From positions 5,440,626-5,504,625 of the forward strand of contig MU054220.1 in NCBI GenBank assembly GCA_013239625.1: 64,000 nt of DNA, given 5' to 3'. The DNA comes from Lama guanicoe (lineage: Eukaryota). Below are positions 49,387-61,931 of the stretch, one piece after another. Under the pieces are notes generated by a model. It did no database searches, was not told the DNA's origin, and worked only from the letters and a program-made list of their open reading frames with translations. Within the stretch, counting starts at the first letter, position 1. Each line of letters opens with the position of its first letter. A program made the translations under genes and the position numbers.

Positions 49387-49914
49387 TACTGGGGCTCAGG
49401 GAGGGCCACCCAAAAAATATGCCACAAATGGTGTATTGATTTTTTTGAATTAAAATTACTTAAGAAACAGCCAGTGCAAAAGGGGCTGTGATCCTCCTTT
49501 CTGTCTCCCTGAAAGCAGAAAATTAATCTCTCATGTGTACTCCCTATGTCTGAGGGTAGAGGGACACTCTCATTGACAGAGATAGGAAATCTGGGCGAGA
49601 AGTCTGTATAAACAGACCTTGTTACTTTAATTTACTACCCCAAGCCCAGACTGTTTAGATTCTTCAGTAATTGAACACCCCAAATCTGAGTTTCTTTGCC
49701 CTGTCAATTTCTCACAAATGTATTGTTTCTCTGTCTAAAAAGTATAAAAGCTGCCTGCTTTGGCCTTTTCTTAGATTTCTGTGAGAATCTGTGTGCACAA
49801 ATTACAGTTTGTTTCTTTTTCTCCCATTCATCTATCTTGTGTCAATTTTATTATTAGTTCAGCCACAGAACTCAAGAGGGGGGTGTGGGGGGGAAATTTG
49901 CCCCTCGCTTTACA
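49387..49914 (+). mobile_element. ERV1-class solo LTR (MER34A-like)
   Basis: Starts tactggggctcagggagggccacccaaaaaatatgccac; TATA-like aagtataaaagctgcctgctttggcc; ends aagagggg...gaaatttgcccctcgctttaca. Confidence 0.78.
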
Positions 49915-51029
49915 GAAAACTCCCTCACCTCCTTCTCTGTCCTTCCATCCCATTTCCCCCTCCTTCCTCTTTCCCCTTTCTCTTCTGCCCTGTCCAGTTC
50001 CTCTAACTTTCCTCCCTTTTATGTTTATTTTAACAGCTTTAGGAAACAGGAATACACACGTGGAAAGCACCAGGGGGAAAAGAAACCTCACTTATAATCC
50101 AGAACTTTCCATTATTCAGTTAATTTCTCTCCTTCTTGGGTTAGTTTTTCTCCTGTTTGAGATGATGCTGACTGTACAGTTTTGAAGCCTGCTGCTCTCT
50201 ATTAACTTGCAAGCATGTCTACTAAAACTCATTCTAAAGATGATTTCATTAGTAGCACATTCCATTATATAGCAAATGGTAATGTAGCTCTTCATTTTAT
50301 GAGTATGGATATTTAGATAGCGTTAATTTTTAATTTTATAATCAACTCTGTGATGAGCGTCTTTGTGTATAGGTTCTTTGCATTTATTTAAAGTTTTCAA
50401 TTAAAGTTATTCATACATATATTTTGAAGAATCAGATACTTGTACAAGGCATATTTAAAAAACAAAAAACCCCACTGTTCTCTACCCCTCTCCCTCATCT
50501 CCACAGGTTTTCTCTCCCTAGAGGCAACTACTTTCTATTGTAGCTATTCCTTTTGATATTTACTTCTCTGTGTCTAATTAATGTGTTTATGTTGGCACTA
50601 GTTAATTTTTAAATTTTCAGCATGGTCTGTTGAATTTAGACTATGGAAAATGAGATCGAATTCTCTTTTATACCATTCCTCACCATGCACCACACATACA
50701 CCCATCTATGCACCATCTCAATAGAGTTGTGAAGGTCCTCCGTCCATTAAATATTACTTTATCTTGCTTTGTAAAGGAAGTTGTGGCTAAGAGTAGGATT
50801 TGAACATCCCTTGTTCCTCTGATGAAATACTGTCATCATATAATCTTAGTGACATTTCAATCTCATTATGGCTTTTGATGCAGAAGGACATGCTTAAAGC
50901 TACCATGTGTTGGCAGACAGATCAGCTTCTTCATGGTCTTATATGACCCCAGGTTTTCTAATTGGTCTGGGAAAAAGACATAGTAGACACTATAGGGGTT
51001 TCTCATTGTCTAGGCTCCATGTTGATGAT

Positions 51030-51195
51030 AATACACATCAGTCAGGCTTCAATTAAAGATGCAGAGTCATGAGTGCACACACACACACACGCACACACAC
51101 ACACTGGTCTCCTGGATCTCTAGCTTGCTGACTGTATATCTTGAGACTTTTCTGCCTCTATAATGACTTGAGCCTATTCCTTATAATGCATCTGA
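51030..51195. mobile_element. MLT2-like LTR fragment(s) around a (CA)n tract
   Basis: tcctggatctctagcttgctgactgtatatcttgagacttttctgcctctataatgacttgagcctattccttataat resembles the MLT2 3' part; (CA)n at 51075-51103. Confidence 0.6.
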
Positions 51196-51392
51196 TGCAG
51201 CTGTAGATTATGGAACAGCCGTGTGGAGGGTCGGTCCGTATAGACCCATGCATGGGAAGTGCCCAGAAGTGTAGAGGGAGACACATTGGACTGGATGATT
51301 TTGAAGATCGTGGCATACTATAGTTGTTTTATCCTCAGTCAATGAGTAAATATTTCATGCTATTAAATATGAAGGGGGTAAGTGTGGAAGAA

Positions 51393-52850
51393 ATTCATTC
51401 AGTCATTCAAAATCTATTTATTGGGTGCCTATTTTGGATCTGACATGCATTGTTTTAGAAACCAGGGCATGGCCTTGAATTAAAGAGATAAAACCTGACT
51501 TCACTGAATTTGCATACATGGAAGGAGACAGACAATATATCAAAAAAGGTAAAATATATGATATGCCAGGTAGTGAAAAGTGTTAGGAAGAAAAATAAAA
51601 AACAATACATAAAAGAGGGATAGGTAATTCTGGGTGGGTGTTGCAATTTAAAATAGATCAGAGGAGATCTCACAGAGAAGGTGACATTTTAATCAAAGAA
51701 CTGAAGGAGGTGAGGGATGCAAGAAAGAACATTCTGGGAAGAGGAAAAAGCAAGTGCAAAGTTTTGAAATTGGACCTGACTGTTGTGTTCAGCAAAGAGC
51801 AAGAAGGGGCCGTTGTGTTAGAGTGGAGTAAGTGATGACACAATCTTAGGGGAACATATCGGATTGGTGGGTTGCGAGGAGGGCAAATTATTTAGAGCCT
51901 TCTCAGCCTTTTAAGACTTCGGCTTTTACTCTGAGTTAGAGACAAGACCATTAGCAAGTTTTGAGTAGAAGAATAACGTTAACTTGACTTACTTTTAAAA
52001 GGTATCACTTTAGTTGTACTGAGAATAGAATATAGGGAAACAAAGCCAAAATAGATGTGTTAGACTAATGCAGGTTGAGTAGGTAAGTTGGATCAGGGTA
52101 GTAGTGGTAGATGCAGTAAAAAGTGATAGGCTTCTGGATAAACAAGAAGGGCAAATCATCAAGATTTGTTTTTGGGTTGGATTTGGAGGATAAGAGGAAG
52201 TGGTAAAACTAGGATGACTCCAAGGTTTCTGCTGTGAGCTTCTGAGGATAGGTTGCCATTTACTGTGATGGGGATATAAAGAGAAATAGATTAAGAGCAG
52301 ATCACACATTTGTAGATATAGAAAAATGGTATAAACTTGTAATATACAGATTAAATTTTAGATGCCAGCCAAATGAAGATGTTGAGTAGGCGGTAGGCTC
52401 ACTGAGACTAAGGTTTAGGAAATAGTAGATCAGGACTAGAGAAATACATGTGTGAATGTATTAATGGCATTTAAAACCATGAGATTAAATAAGATCACCA
52501 ATGGTGTGAATGCAGGTAGAAAAGATAAGAAGCTCCATAGATGAGGCCTAAAACACTGCAAAATTTAGAATGAAGACCGAGGAGGAGGAATCAGTAAAGA
52601 ATTCTGAGAGCTGAAGGGGGAGGGAGAAAAACCAAGAGAGTTTGAGATCCTGGATGGCAAGTGAAAAATGTATTTTAAGGACCAGAAACTGTCCGGGGGG
52701 TGGGTATAGTGCAGTGAGTGGTAGAGCACGTGCTTAGCATGCACAAGGCCCCCGGTTCAATCCCCAGTACCTCCATTAAAAAAAAAAAAGGACCAGAAAC
52801 TGTCCACTGGATTTAAAAACATGAAGGTCATTGGTGATCTTGACACTAAA
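51393..52850 (-). mobile_element. L2a, about 1.4 kb 3' portion
   Basis: ttcattcagtcattcaaaatctatttattgggtgcct tail; cagagaaggtgacatttt; ggatgactccaaggttt; ccactggattta...gaggtcattggtgatcttgac-type motifs. Confidence 0.88.
52695..52787 (+). mobile_element. tRNA-Ala(AGC)-derived SINE (short Vic-1-like form) or tRNA retrocopy
   Basis: gggtatagtgcagtgagtggtagagcacgtgcttagcatgcacaaggcccccggttcaatccccagtacctcca+tt+An; A/B-box-like motifs; perfect 18-bp TSD aaggaccagaaactgtcc (52677-52694, 52788-52805). Confidence 0.93.
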
Positions 52851-54084
52851 TGAATAGAAAGCTGATATGATTTGGAAATTAAGCTGAGCTTGCCCCTGTT
52901 CATTAATAGAACTCCAGGTGGACACACTGAATCAAAGGCTTGGACACAGAAATAGGACATGGCGTCAGAAGTACCAGCCATATTGGGTAAAGTAATGAGG
53001 AATTTGCCCAGGGGAGCTCACTGATGAGCAGGAGCGAAGAGAACTGCAGAGCTCATAATGTGTCCACATCACATCCTGGAGAAGTGATGACAGCTAAAAA
53101 TAAGCTCACTCCCCACTTGGCTGATACTGAGGAATTTTCAAAAATTAACTATTCTTATTATTCCATTTAAAGGTATGGCCTTATGTGTGTGTGTAATTCT
53201 ATATAGGAAGCTTTTGAGTCTCATTTAAGATCCTTAGATCTCCCTTATGTCTTCTTAAAGCAGTTCCTTTTAGTACTCATAACATTCAACCACTATCTTG
53301 GTAATTATGTTTATTAAATGAATTAGTGAGTGAAGAAGACTGTGGTCATTCATTTTTCCTTTGGGACAGTCTTAAACTTTAGTTTATTCTGCTTATTCAA
53401 CTTCATTCAGCAGCACAGCTTGGGATTTTTCGTTGAAGCTGATTTGATCTTATGATGCTTCCTATGATACTGTGTAAATTGCTGGGAGGGGCCAAGGAAA
53501 AGAAGGGTCAGCCCTCTTAGTGTCTGGATTATACCTGAGATATAACTTCTTCCATTTTCTATTATAGCAAATGTCTGTGCTTAGTAATTACCTAAGGCCA
53601 TTAAAATATCTCTCCTTAGCCTACCCCAGGGTCCCTGGCAATTTGCTGCTATGATATATGGCTTTCATTACTACTGAAAGTAGAGATAGAAGTTCACCTT
53701 GGGTGTTTTCTGGAATTGGTTATCTGTGGGGGCGTTGCTAGGATTGGACACCAAGGCAGAAGTGTATAATCATATTATTAATATTATTAGCAAAGGGATG
53801 GAAGTGCCCAGCTTTTAGTTGCGCTGCAAAAGGCTTCTGACTATAGTATTCAGGCTGATCGGAAGTTTTCTAAAAGCACTACGTCCTTTTATTTTCCTTC
53901 AGCCAATACAATTATATCTCAGTTAGAAAAATAAAATCATTAAAATATGTATTTTGCACCTGCTGTGAGCAATACTACCTTGCTACTAACTAAGACACCA
54001 CCACACACTTTTTCCTAATGGTGCCTCAACTGTTCACTCTTCAGAAGCAATGTACCAACCAAGTAAGAACAATATCACAAGGTG

Positions 54085-54275
54085 TTTTACAAGTCCAGTC
54101 TTATGAGTTTGAAGATGAAGGTGTGAGATTTTTCTCCCCCATTGCTAGCTGTGTGACTCTAAGTTAGACATTTGCTCTTTCAGAGACTCAGTTTACTTAT
54201 AGAAACAACGTTTACTTCCCATGATGTAGACTAACAGTGCTTTGGACTCAATAGACATTTTAATAAATGGTATGA
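54085..54275 (+). mobile_element. MIR SINE
   Basis: gctagctgtgtgactctaagttagacatttgctctttcagagactcagtttac. Confidence 0.7.
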
Positions 54276-55571
54276 TTCTCCCATAAAATATTTTATTTAT
54301 TCTTAATCCTACCTCAAGTACCAGACTCAATTTTAAATCATAATCAGTATTTTCTACCAAATAGAAACCTCTTTCAAAGAATTTGTCTTACAAGCAATCA
54401 TATTAAAATGTATGTACCATGAGCACCTGGTGTGTGACACCCTCTGTGTGTAACAGAGACTCCACTAAGTGAGCAAGATTGTTGACTGCAGTCCTTTCAG
54501 ATATGTGTGTTGAAGCTTTCCCCTTTGACCCCCACCTTGTCAGAGAGTCTCTCTCTTAGAATACTCTTTGGTCTTAAAATTATCCTGAGAGCACTGCAGG
54601 AAGGCATCCTCAAGGGGCATCCAGGTAGTGGCAGTGTTATCTCCTACCTTGCTCTCTCTCACAGTGAGGACTTGATGTGGACAAAAGGAAGTCCCTGTCC
54701 ATGTGATGCCTGGACACAGGTGCAGTCCTATTGGGTTGGCCATCAAGGACACTAAGTAGTGCTGAGAAGCTCACAATAAGCCCTCTCTTGGCCACCCACC
54801 AATGTATACTTACCAGATTTTCCCCTCTTGGATGACTTTTCCAGCTCTGGTATCTTAGAATTTTTTCTACTGCCTGCCTCTTTCAAACTCTCTAAGATTC
54901 CAATCTATATTTCTTTTATCCTTCCATACCAAAAGCTCTCCCCCACCTTCTCTCAATATGTTACTCTCACTCTTTCCCTCTCACAGTAGCCCCTAATAGC
55001 CAACCAGGAAAGGTCTGAGCTCAAATTCTTTCCAAACCCAAGCTATCAAGCACAGAATAAATGTTTTCCCTTTACTTCAGGGGCAGTTTTTGAAATAAAC
55101 ACAATGACTACCTGACTACCTTCCTATTTTTTTGAGAGAAGGGAGTATTTTCATCCTTTCCTGGAAAAGATGGCCTTCTTCAACAGAGTTTATCTAATGA
55201 CTTCCTATAGTGTATCATAGACAAGCATAACTTTGGAGTTTTCATGTCAGAAAATAGGTGGAACTTTCATATCCTGATGTACTTACTGTGATACAGTAGC
55301 AACAACAGGAAAAATAAAAACTTCCATTGAATAAAATAACTCTTGTGTTGACTCTTGATTCAACATATACTTTAGTCGCAGTCTTATCTGAAGAATAAGG
55401 CAATTAAGAATATTGCTTCTGTTAGGTGGATAATTTCTGTAAGGAATGTGTTTTCTCACTGGGAAATAGCACTGTCTTTGGATTTCTGAAACAAACATAA
55501 ATAACGAAAGAGAGAAAGTGGCTTATTGTCTTATCTTGGAGGTTCATAAGTCAAAGATTCGTGCCTGAATT

Positions 55572-57893
55572 CTTTTCTTTTCCCCATAGTGTTATTCAGG
55601 TATAATTCACATACCATACCATTCAAGTCCTTTAGAATATTCACAGAATTATGTAGTCATCACTGCAATCAATTTTAGAATATTTTCATCCCTCCCAAAA
55701 GAGACCTCTTACCCATTGATGTTACTTCTCATTTCTTCCCTTTCTTGAACCCTAGGCAACCACTAATCTACTTTCTGTCATTATAGCTTTTCCTATTTTG
55801 GATATTTCATATAAATGGAATCTTACCATATGTGATACCTACCTTTTTTCTCTTTGAATACTGTTTTCAAGGTTTACCCATGTTATAGAATGTACTAATG
55901 TTTCATTTTTTATTACTAAGTAATATATTATTGTATGGATATACCATATTTTATTTATCTGTTCATCAGTTTAGGAACATTGGCTTGTTTCTAATTTTTG
56001 GCTCTGCTGAATAATGCTGCTATGAACATTTCTGTATAAGGTTCAGTGTGGAATATGTTTTCATTTAATATATACTTAGGAGTTGAACTGATGGATCATG
56101 TGGTAGCTCTTACGTTTAATTTTTTGAGGAACTGCTATGCTAGACTGTTTTCCAAAGTGGCTGCACCACTTCACAGTACCACTACCAGTGTATGAGCATT
56201 CACATTTCTCTACATCCTCATCAACACTTGTTATTCTTTGTCTTTTTGATTATAGCCATCCTAGTGGGTGTGAACTGATATGTCATTGTGGTTTTTATTT
56301 ACATTTCCCCAATAGCTAATGATGCTGAGCATCTTTTCATGTGTTCATTGACAATTTATGTATCTCATTTGGAGAAATGTCCATTTAGATACTTTACTCA
56401 TTTTAAAATTAGGTTATTTGTCTTTTATTGTTGAGAGCACCTTATGTAGTCTTATACAAGTTCCTTAGCAGATAAGTGATTTGCAAATATTTTCTCCTAT
56501 TCTCTGGGTTATCTATTCACTTTATATTTTTACTTTTATGTATTTATTGGAAGAGTTCTTTGAAGCACAAAAATTCTTATTTTGTTTAGAGTCCAATTTA
56601 CTTATTTTTTCTTTCACGCTTGTATTTTTTTAGTGTCATCTCTATGAAAGTGTTGACCAACCAAGGTCATGAAGATTTACTCCTACATTTCCTTCTAAGA
56701 CTTTCATAGTTTCAGCTCTTATTGTTAGGTCTCTCATCTGTATATAGTTGTCCTAGCAGTAAGAAAGAAAAGACTCTTTCTTCACCATTAAATTGTCTTG
56801 GCACCCTTGTCAAAAATCAGTTGACAATCATTGTTAACGGTTTATTTCTGGACTCTCAGTTTTATTCCATTGATCTGAATGTTCTAGTACTACCTTGTCT
56901 TGATTACTGTAGACTCCTGGTACGTTTTGAAATTGAGAAGTGTGATACCCAAAATTGTTGTTTTATTTTTTCAAAATTGTTTCAAGTGCTCTAGGTCTTT
57001 TGCATTTCTGCAGAATTGAGGATCAGCTTGTCAGGTTCTGAAAAATGTCAGCTAAGAGTTGGTAGATTGCATTTAATTTGTAGGTCCATATAAGGAATAT
57101 TACCATCTTAGCAATATTAAGTCTTTGGATTCGTGAATGCAGATGTCTTCCTATTTACAGAAGTCTTTAACTCCTTTCAGCAGTGTTTTGGAGTTTTTGT
57201 AATACACGTTTTGTACTTCTTTTGTTAAGTTTGTTCCTATTTTATTCTTTTTGATATTATTATAAATGGAATTGTTTCTTTAATCTCATTTTGGAATTAT
57301 TCATTGTTACTGTATAGAAATGCAATTGATTTTTATATATTGATCTTGTACCCTACCACTTTGCTGCATTTTTATTGGTTCTAATATATTTTTAGTAGAT
57401 TACTTAGGATTCTCTCTCTATAAGATCATGTTGTTTACTAGTAGAGGTAGTTTTATTTCTTCCTTTCCAATCTGGATGACTTATTTCATTGTTTTTGCTG
57501 ATTGTCCTAACTAGAACCTCCAGTACCATGTTGTAGAAATGGTAAAAACAGGCATCCTATCTTGGTCCTGATCTTAGGGAGAAATTATTCAGTATTTCAC
57601 CATTAAATGTGATGCTAAATTATGGCTTTTCCGTAGGTGTTCTTTATTCAGTTGTAGAAATGTTCTCTATTCCTAGCTTACTAACATTTTTATCATGTAC
57701 AGGTATAGAATTTTTCAAATACTTTTTCTGTATTCATTGAGATGATTACGTGTTCTGTTAATGTAGTTTATTACCTCAGTTGATTTTACTGATGTTGAAA
57801 CACCTTGAATTCTTGGTAGAAATCCCGCTCAGTCACTGTGCAATCATTTTTTTTATGTTCCTGACTTAGTTTGCTTATATTTTGTTTAGGACT
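55572..57893 (-). mobile_element. L1MB (L1MB3-like) 3' UTR plus about 1.5 kb of ORF2
   Basis: aggtataattcacataccatac...tattcacagaattatgtagtcatcactgcaatcaattttagaatattttcatc...ccctaggcaaccactaatctactttctgtc, followed by continuous ORF2 antisense. Confidence 0.9.
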
Positions 57894-57987
57894 GCTTAGA
57901 GTTATAAGAAAAGAAAATAGAGAGAAAACAGACAGTTTACCTTTCAATATTTTTCTCAGGAAAAAGAATAGATAGATACACCCCTCT

Positions 57988-57988
<1 letters not shown>

Positions 57989-58024
<36 letters not shown>
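57989..58024. repeat. (CA)n microsatellite
   Basis: Read directly; source of CVCVCV in ORFs 57786-58034 and 57937-58122. Confidence 0.97.
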
Positions 58025-58026
<2 letters not shown>

Positions 58027-58684
58027 AGTTGCAAAACATAAAAACATATCCTTGATGTTTTTATTAAATTTGCTGAAGATAATTTTTTCTTTCCTGTTTG
58101 TTGGTTTTGGTTCCATTATCAATAGAAATCTTTATGATATTATCACTTTCTTCTCTCAGGGCATAATGACGTGAAGTAAGCAAGCAGAATTGGTTCCGTG
58201 AGCCAGAAATTGACAGAGAATGAAATCCTGAATGCCCAAGCAACCTTTCAAAAAAGGAATAAGGTAAAAGCATATGGATATCTTAAATGATTCTTAACTT
58301 CTGAAGAGCTTTACATTTATAAACCTTAGTATTTATTTGTTTCAATGACAAGAATCATGGGAAGGAGTGAAAGAAGCGTGCTGGAACATTGTAAAGCAAA
58401 AACAGTGCTGAGAGTAGAGGGTTGGTTTTGTTTTGAATCTCATTTTTCCCTTCATTATGTCTTAGACTCAGTGTTGCAGCAGTGGGCTCATCACCTCCCT
58501 TCTGTGGTTCATAATCAAGCATTAGCCAAATTGAAAATTTTAGTAAAAATCTGGTATAATCATTCCTATCTGACGATCAGGCTGTTTCTTATCCATAAAA
58601 TAAAATTGCTGTAATAACTTTCCAAACCAAGCCGAAGTCCTGAATACCCGTAACTCTCTCCTCTTCAAAAACTGTAGGTAAGTT

Positions 58685-58872
58685 TCATGTGTTTTGATTA
58701 ACACTATCTTATTTAATCCTCCACAACATGATGAGGTTTCTTACTAGAAGAGATGTCATTATCCCCATTTTATAGAGATGAAACTGAAGCATAGTATGCT
58801 CTTTGCCCAGAATCATCCAGTTAATAAGTGCCTGTCTGACTCCAGAGGTAGTCTTCTTACCATTGTGCTGTC
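58685..58872 (-). mobile_element. MIR SINE
   Basis: atcttatttaatcctccacaac...attatccccattttatagagatgaaactgaagc. Confidence 0.85.
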
Positions 58873-59934
58873 AAAGATTTGATTCCTTTGTGCCTGGGAA
58901 GCAGTATATGAAAAATAGCTGATACCCAGATTAGTCAAGTAAGTTAATTGCATTGTGGAATGCTGAGAAGATTGTGATGATTTGTCTTCTCAAATCAAGC
59001 CACATTTCATCTTGAACCCACTAATCAGAGAGAAGATAATACTACAATCTTTTCTTTTATAATATCCAACATGGAAATGAGTGTCTTATTTCTTAGATGA
59101 CATTCTCATTCTCTAGTGGAATTTATTTATACTCCCCTTTTGGTCCATCGTATGTCATGATGAGGGGAGATAAAACAATTCCTGTCTCAGCTCTCACAAA
59201 ATCCAGCACTGATGACTTCGAGTTGAGGTATGAACACTGGAGATGCAAGGGTAGGGGTCGAAAATACAATTCACAGTCTTACATGATTTGTTCTGATGTG
59301 GACACAGCCTGATATCTCAGGTTCAGATGTCCACACATTCAAGTTTTATATTTGTCATCCCATTGTGCAGTCACTTTACTGTAAGGGACTGATAATTCAC
59401 TGTTTATTCCCACAGATTCTGAAACTGTATCACATATCAGTTTCTTTCTGGTACATGTCCTGAGTGGGATATTGGCTGCTGTGTTTGTATTTGCAGTGAC
59501 TCAGGTTTGCCCTCCCCTACCTTCATCCAACAAAAAAAGGGACCCAAAATTAAGCAGCAAGATATGCTTCTAATGTCAGTTGGAAGTAGGTATTAAAGAA
59601 AACTCTGGTATGGTGATGCTTTGATATTCAAAAATCAGGTGAGGTTAGGAATGATTATAAATAGGGTCACAGAGTGTGGTGGAAGTAACACTGGACCTGA
59701 AGCCAGGAGCTGCAGAATGCCCAGTATCACAGCCAGACTTGGCTCTGAGAAATGACAAAATGTGGTAGTAAGTCAAGGAGCAGGGGACATGATCCCCTGG
59801 AATAGAAGAGCTTGCTTTGTAGGGCTTGCCCCCAAAGGGTGTACGTAAAAGTTCAAATAATACTTTAAAATGAAATGTAAAAACCTCACACTTATTAAAA
59901 ATTAGTAATCTCTCATTCTAGTGAGTATTCATGG

Positions 59935-60390
59935 AATGGCCACTCATATATTGCTTACATGAGTAACCACACTGTCCTGGAGTGTAATTTGGCAATATTG
60001 ATCAAGAGTTGCTTATTTTTCACTATATTTTCATTGGCATATTCATATGTCACTTTATTTGCTAAAATATTGTTTCTAATGGCTGCATTATATTCTGTTA
60101 TATGGATGTACCATAATTTCTTAAAAATCACACATCCCATTATTGTACTGTTAGGTTGTTTCCAATTTTCTACTGTCATAAATAAATCTGTTAATAAGAG
60201 ATGGTAGAAAATAGTTTGTCATCCTTGTGAAACATAAGCATACATGTGAAAGAATAAATTGAAATAAAACAACCGTAGTTAATCTCTGAGAGGTGATTTA
60301 GGGCCATTTTAATTTTTTTTCCTTTTTTTTTTTTTTAGTTTTTCAATTTTTGAAAAGATGAGCATATAACATTTGCGAAAAATTTTAAAA
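59935..60390. mobile_element. Old L1ME fragments in both orientations
   Basis: tttctaatggctgcattatattctgttatatggatgtaccataattt...ttaggttgtttccaatttt (antisense L1ME4-like) with sense-like pieces on either side. Confidence 0.6.
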
Positions 60391-60410
60391 ACTGTTAAAA
60401 TGCATTTTGT

Positions 60411-61318
60411 TTCCTAGCAACTTTCAAGCACATAATGTAGTATTGTTAACTGTAATTACAGTGCTGTGCCTTAGATACCCAGAACTTTTCATCTTTTAAC
60501 TGCAAGTTCGTACTCTTTTACCAACCTCTCCCTACTTTCCTCATCTCCCAGCCCCTGACAGCCACCTTTCTACTTCCTGTTTTGATGAGCTTTTAACTTT
60601 TTGTTTGTTTGTTCTATGAGTTTTACCTTCTTCTTTTTTTTGATTCCACATATTAAGTGATACCATGTAGCTTAATTTCATTTAGTATGATGTCTTTAAG
60701 GTCCATCCAGATTGTTGCAAATGGCAGGATTTCCTTTGCTATAGCTAAATGATATTTCATTGTATGTATATGTGTGTGTGTGTGTGTGTATGTATATATA
60801 AATATATCACATCTTTTTCATCTATTCATGCATTGAGAGACCCTACCTAATTGTTTCTATATCTTGGCTATTATGAATAATACTGCAATAAAGATAGGAA
60901 TGCAGATATCTTTTAGATGTCCTGTTTTCATTTCCTTTGAATTTACACCCAGAAATGAGATTGCTGGAGCATAAAGTAATTTTTTTAAAAAAATTTTTGA
61001 AGGGCCTCCATATTGTTTTACATAGTGGCTTAACCAATTTACATTCTTGCCAACAGTGCACAGGGGTTCCCTTTTCTCCACATCCTCACTCCTTATCTTG
61101 TCTTTCATTTTGATCTTAAATGTTCTCACCACACACAAAAAATGATAATTACATGACATGATGGAGGTGTTAGCTAACACTGTGGAGGTAATCATATTGC
61201 AGTATATAAGTATATCAAATCATGTTGTGCACCTTAAAATTACACAATGCAATATGTCAATTATATAAAATTACACTGCAATATGTCAGTTATATCTAAA
61301 TAAAATTTAAACATTAGA
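60411..61318 (+). mobile_element. L1MA9-like element with 5' inversion (twin priming)
   Basis: 60411-61111 is antisense and starts ctagcaactttcaag; 61112-61305 is sense and starts gatcttaaatgttctcacc; in the consensus as I recall it these two points are adjacent. Confidence 0.85.
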
Positions 61319-61397
61319 TTAAAAGTGTATCTTATCATATAGAAAAAGATAAAACTTTGAAGGCTTCTAGATTTGCATCAAAAGGACTCAGGAACCA

Positions 61398-61931
61398 TAT
61401 ATTTATACAATGAAATACTACTCAGCTGTAAAAAATAACAAAATATTGTCAGTTGCAGCAACATGGATGGACCTGGAGATTGTCATTCTAAGTGAAATAA
61501 GCCAGAAAGAGAAAGAAAAATACCATATGATATCACTTATATGTGGAATCTAAAAAAACAAAAAGACAGAAGGACTTACTTACAAAATAGAAACAGACTG
61601 AAACAAACTTATGTACAAAGTTTATAGAAAACAAACTTACGGTTACTAGTAGGGAAGGAGGTGAGAAGGGATAAATTAGGAGTTCAAGATTTTTGCAGAT
61701 ACTAACTAATATATATAAAATAGGTAAACAACAAGTTCAAACTGTATAGCACAGTAACTTATGGTGAAAAAGAATATGAAAACGAATATAAGTATGTTCA
61801 TGTATGATTGAAGCATTATGCTGTACACCAGAAATTGACACAACATTGTAAACTGACTATACTTCAATAAAAAAAAAATATATATATAGAAAAAACAAAC
61901 AAACAAAAATATATATATATAGAAAAAAGAA
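61398..61931 (+). mobile_element. Camelid-type L1 3' end with complex tail
   Basis: gcagcaacatggatggacctggagattgtcattctaagtgaa...tgtacaccagaaattgacacaacattgtaaactgactatacttcaataaaa; TSD aaaggactcaggaacca (61381-61397) / acaggacttaggaacca (61932-61948). Confidence 0.92.

Noticed and set aside
52695..52775. Functional tRNA-Ala gene
   Set aside because: A-tail, TSD, D-arm insertion and no oligo-T terminator indicate a retroposed copy
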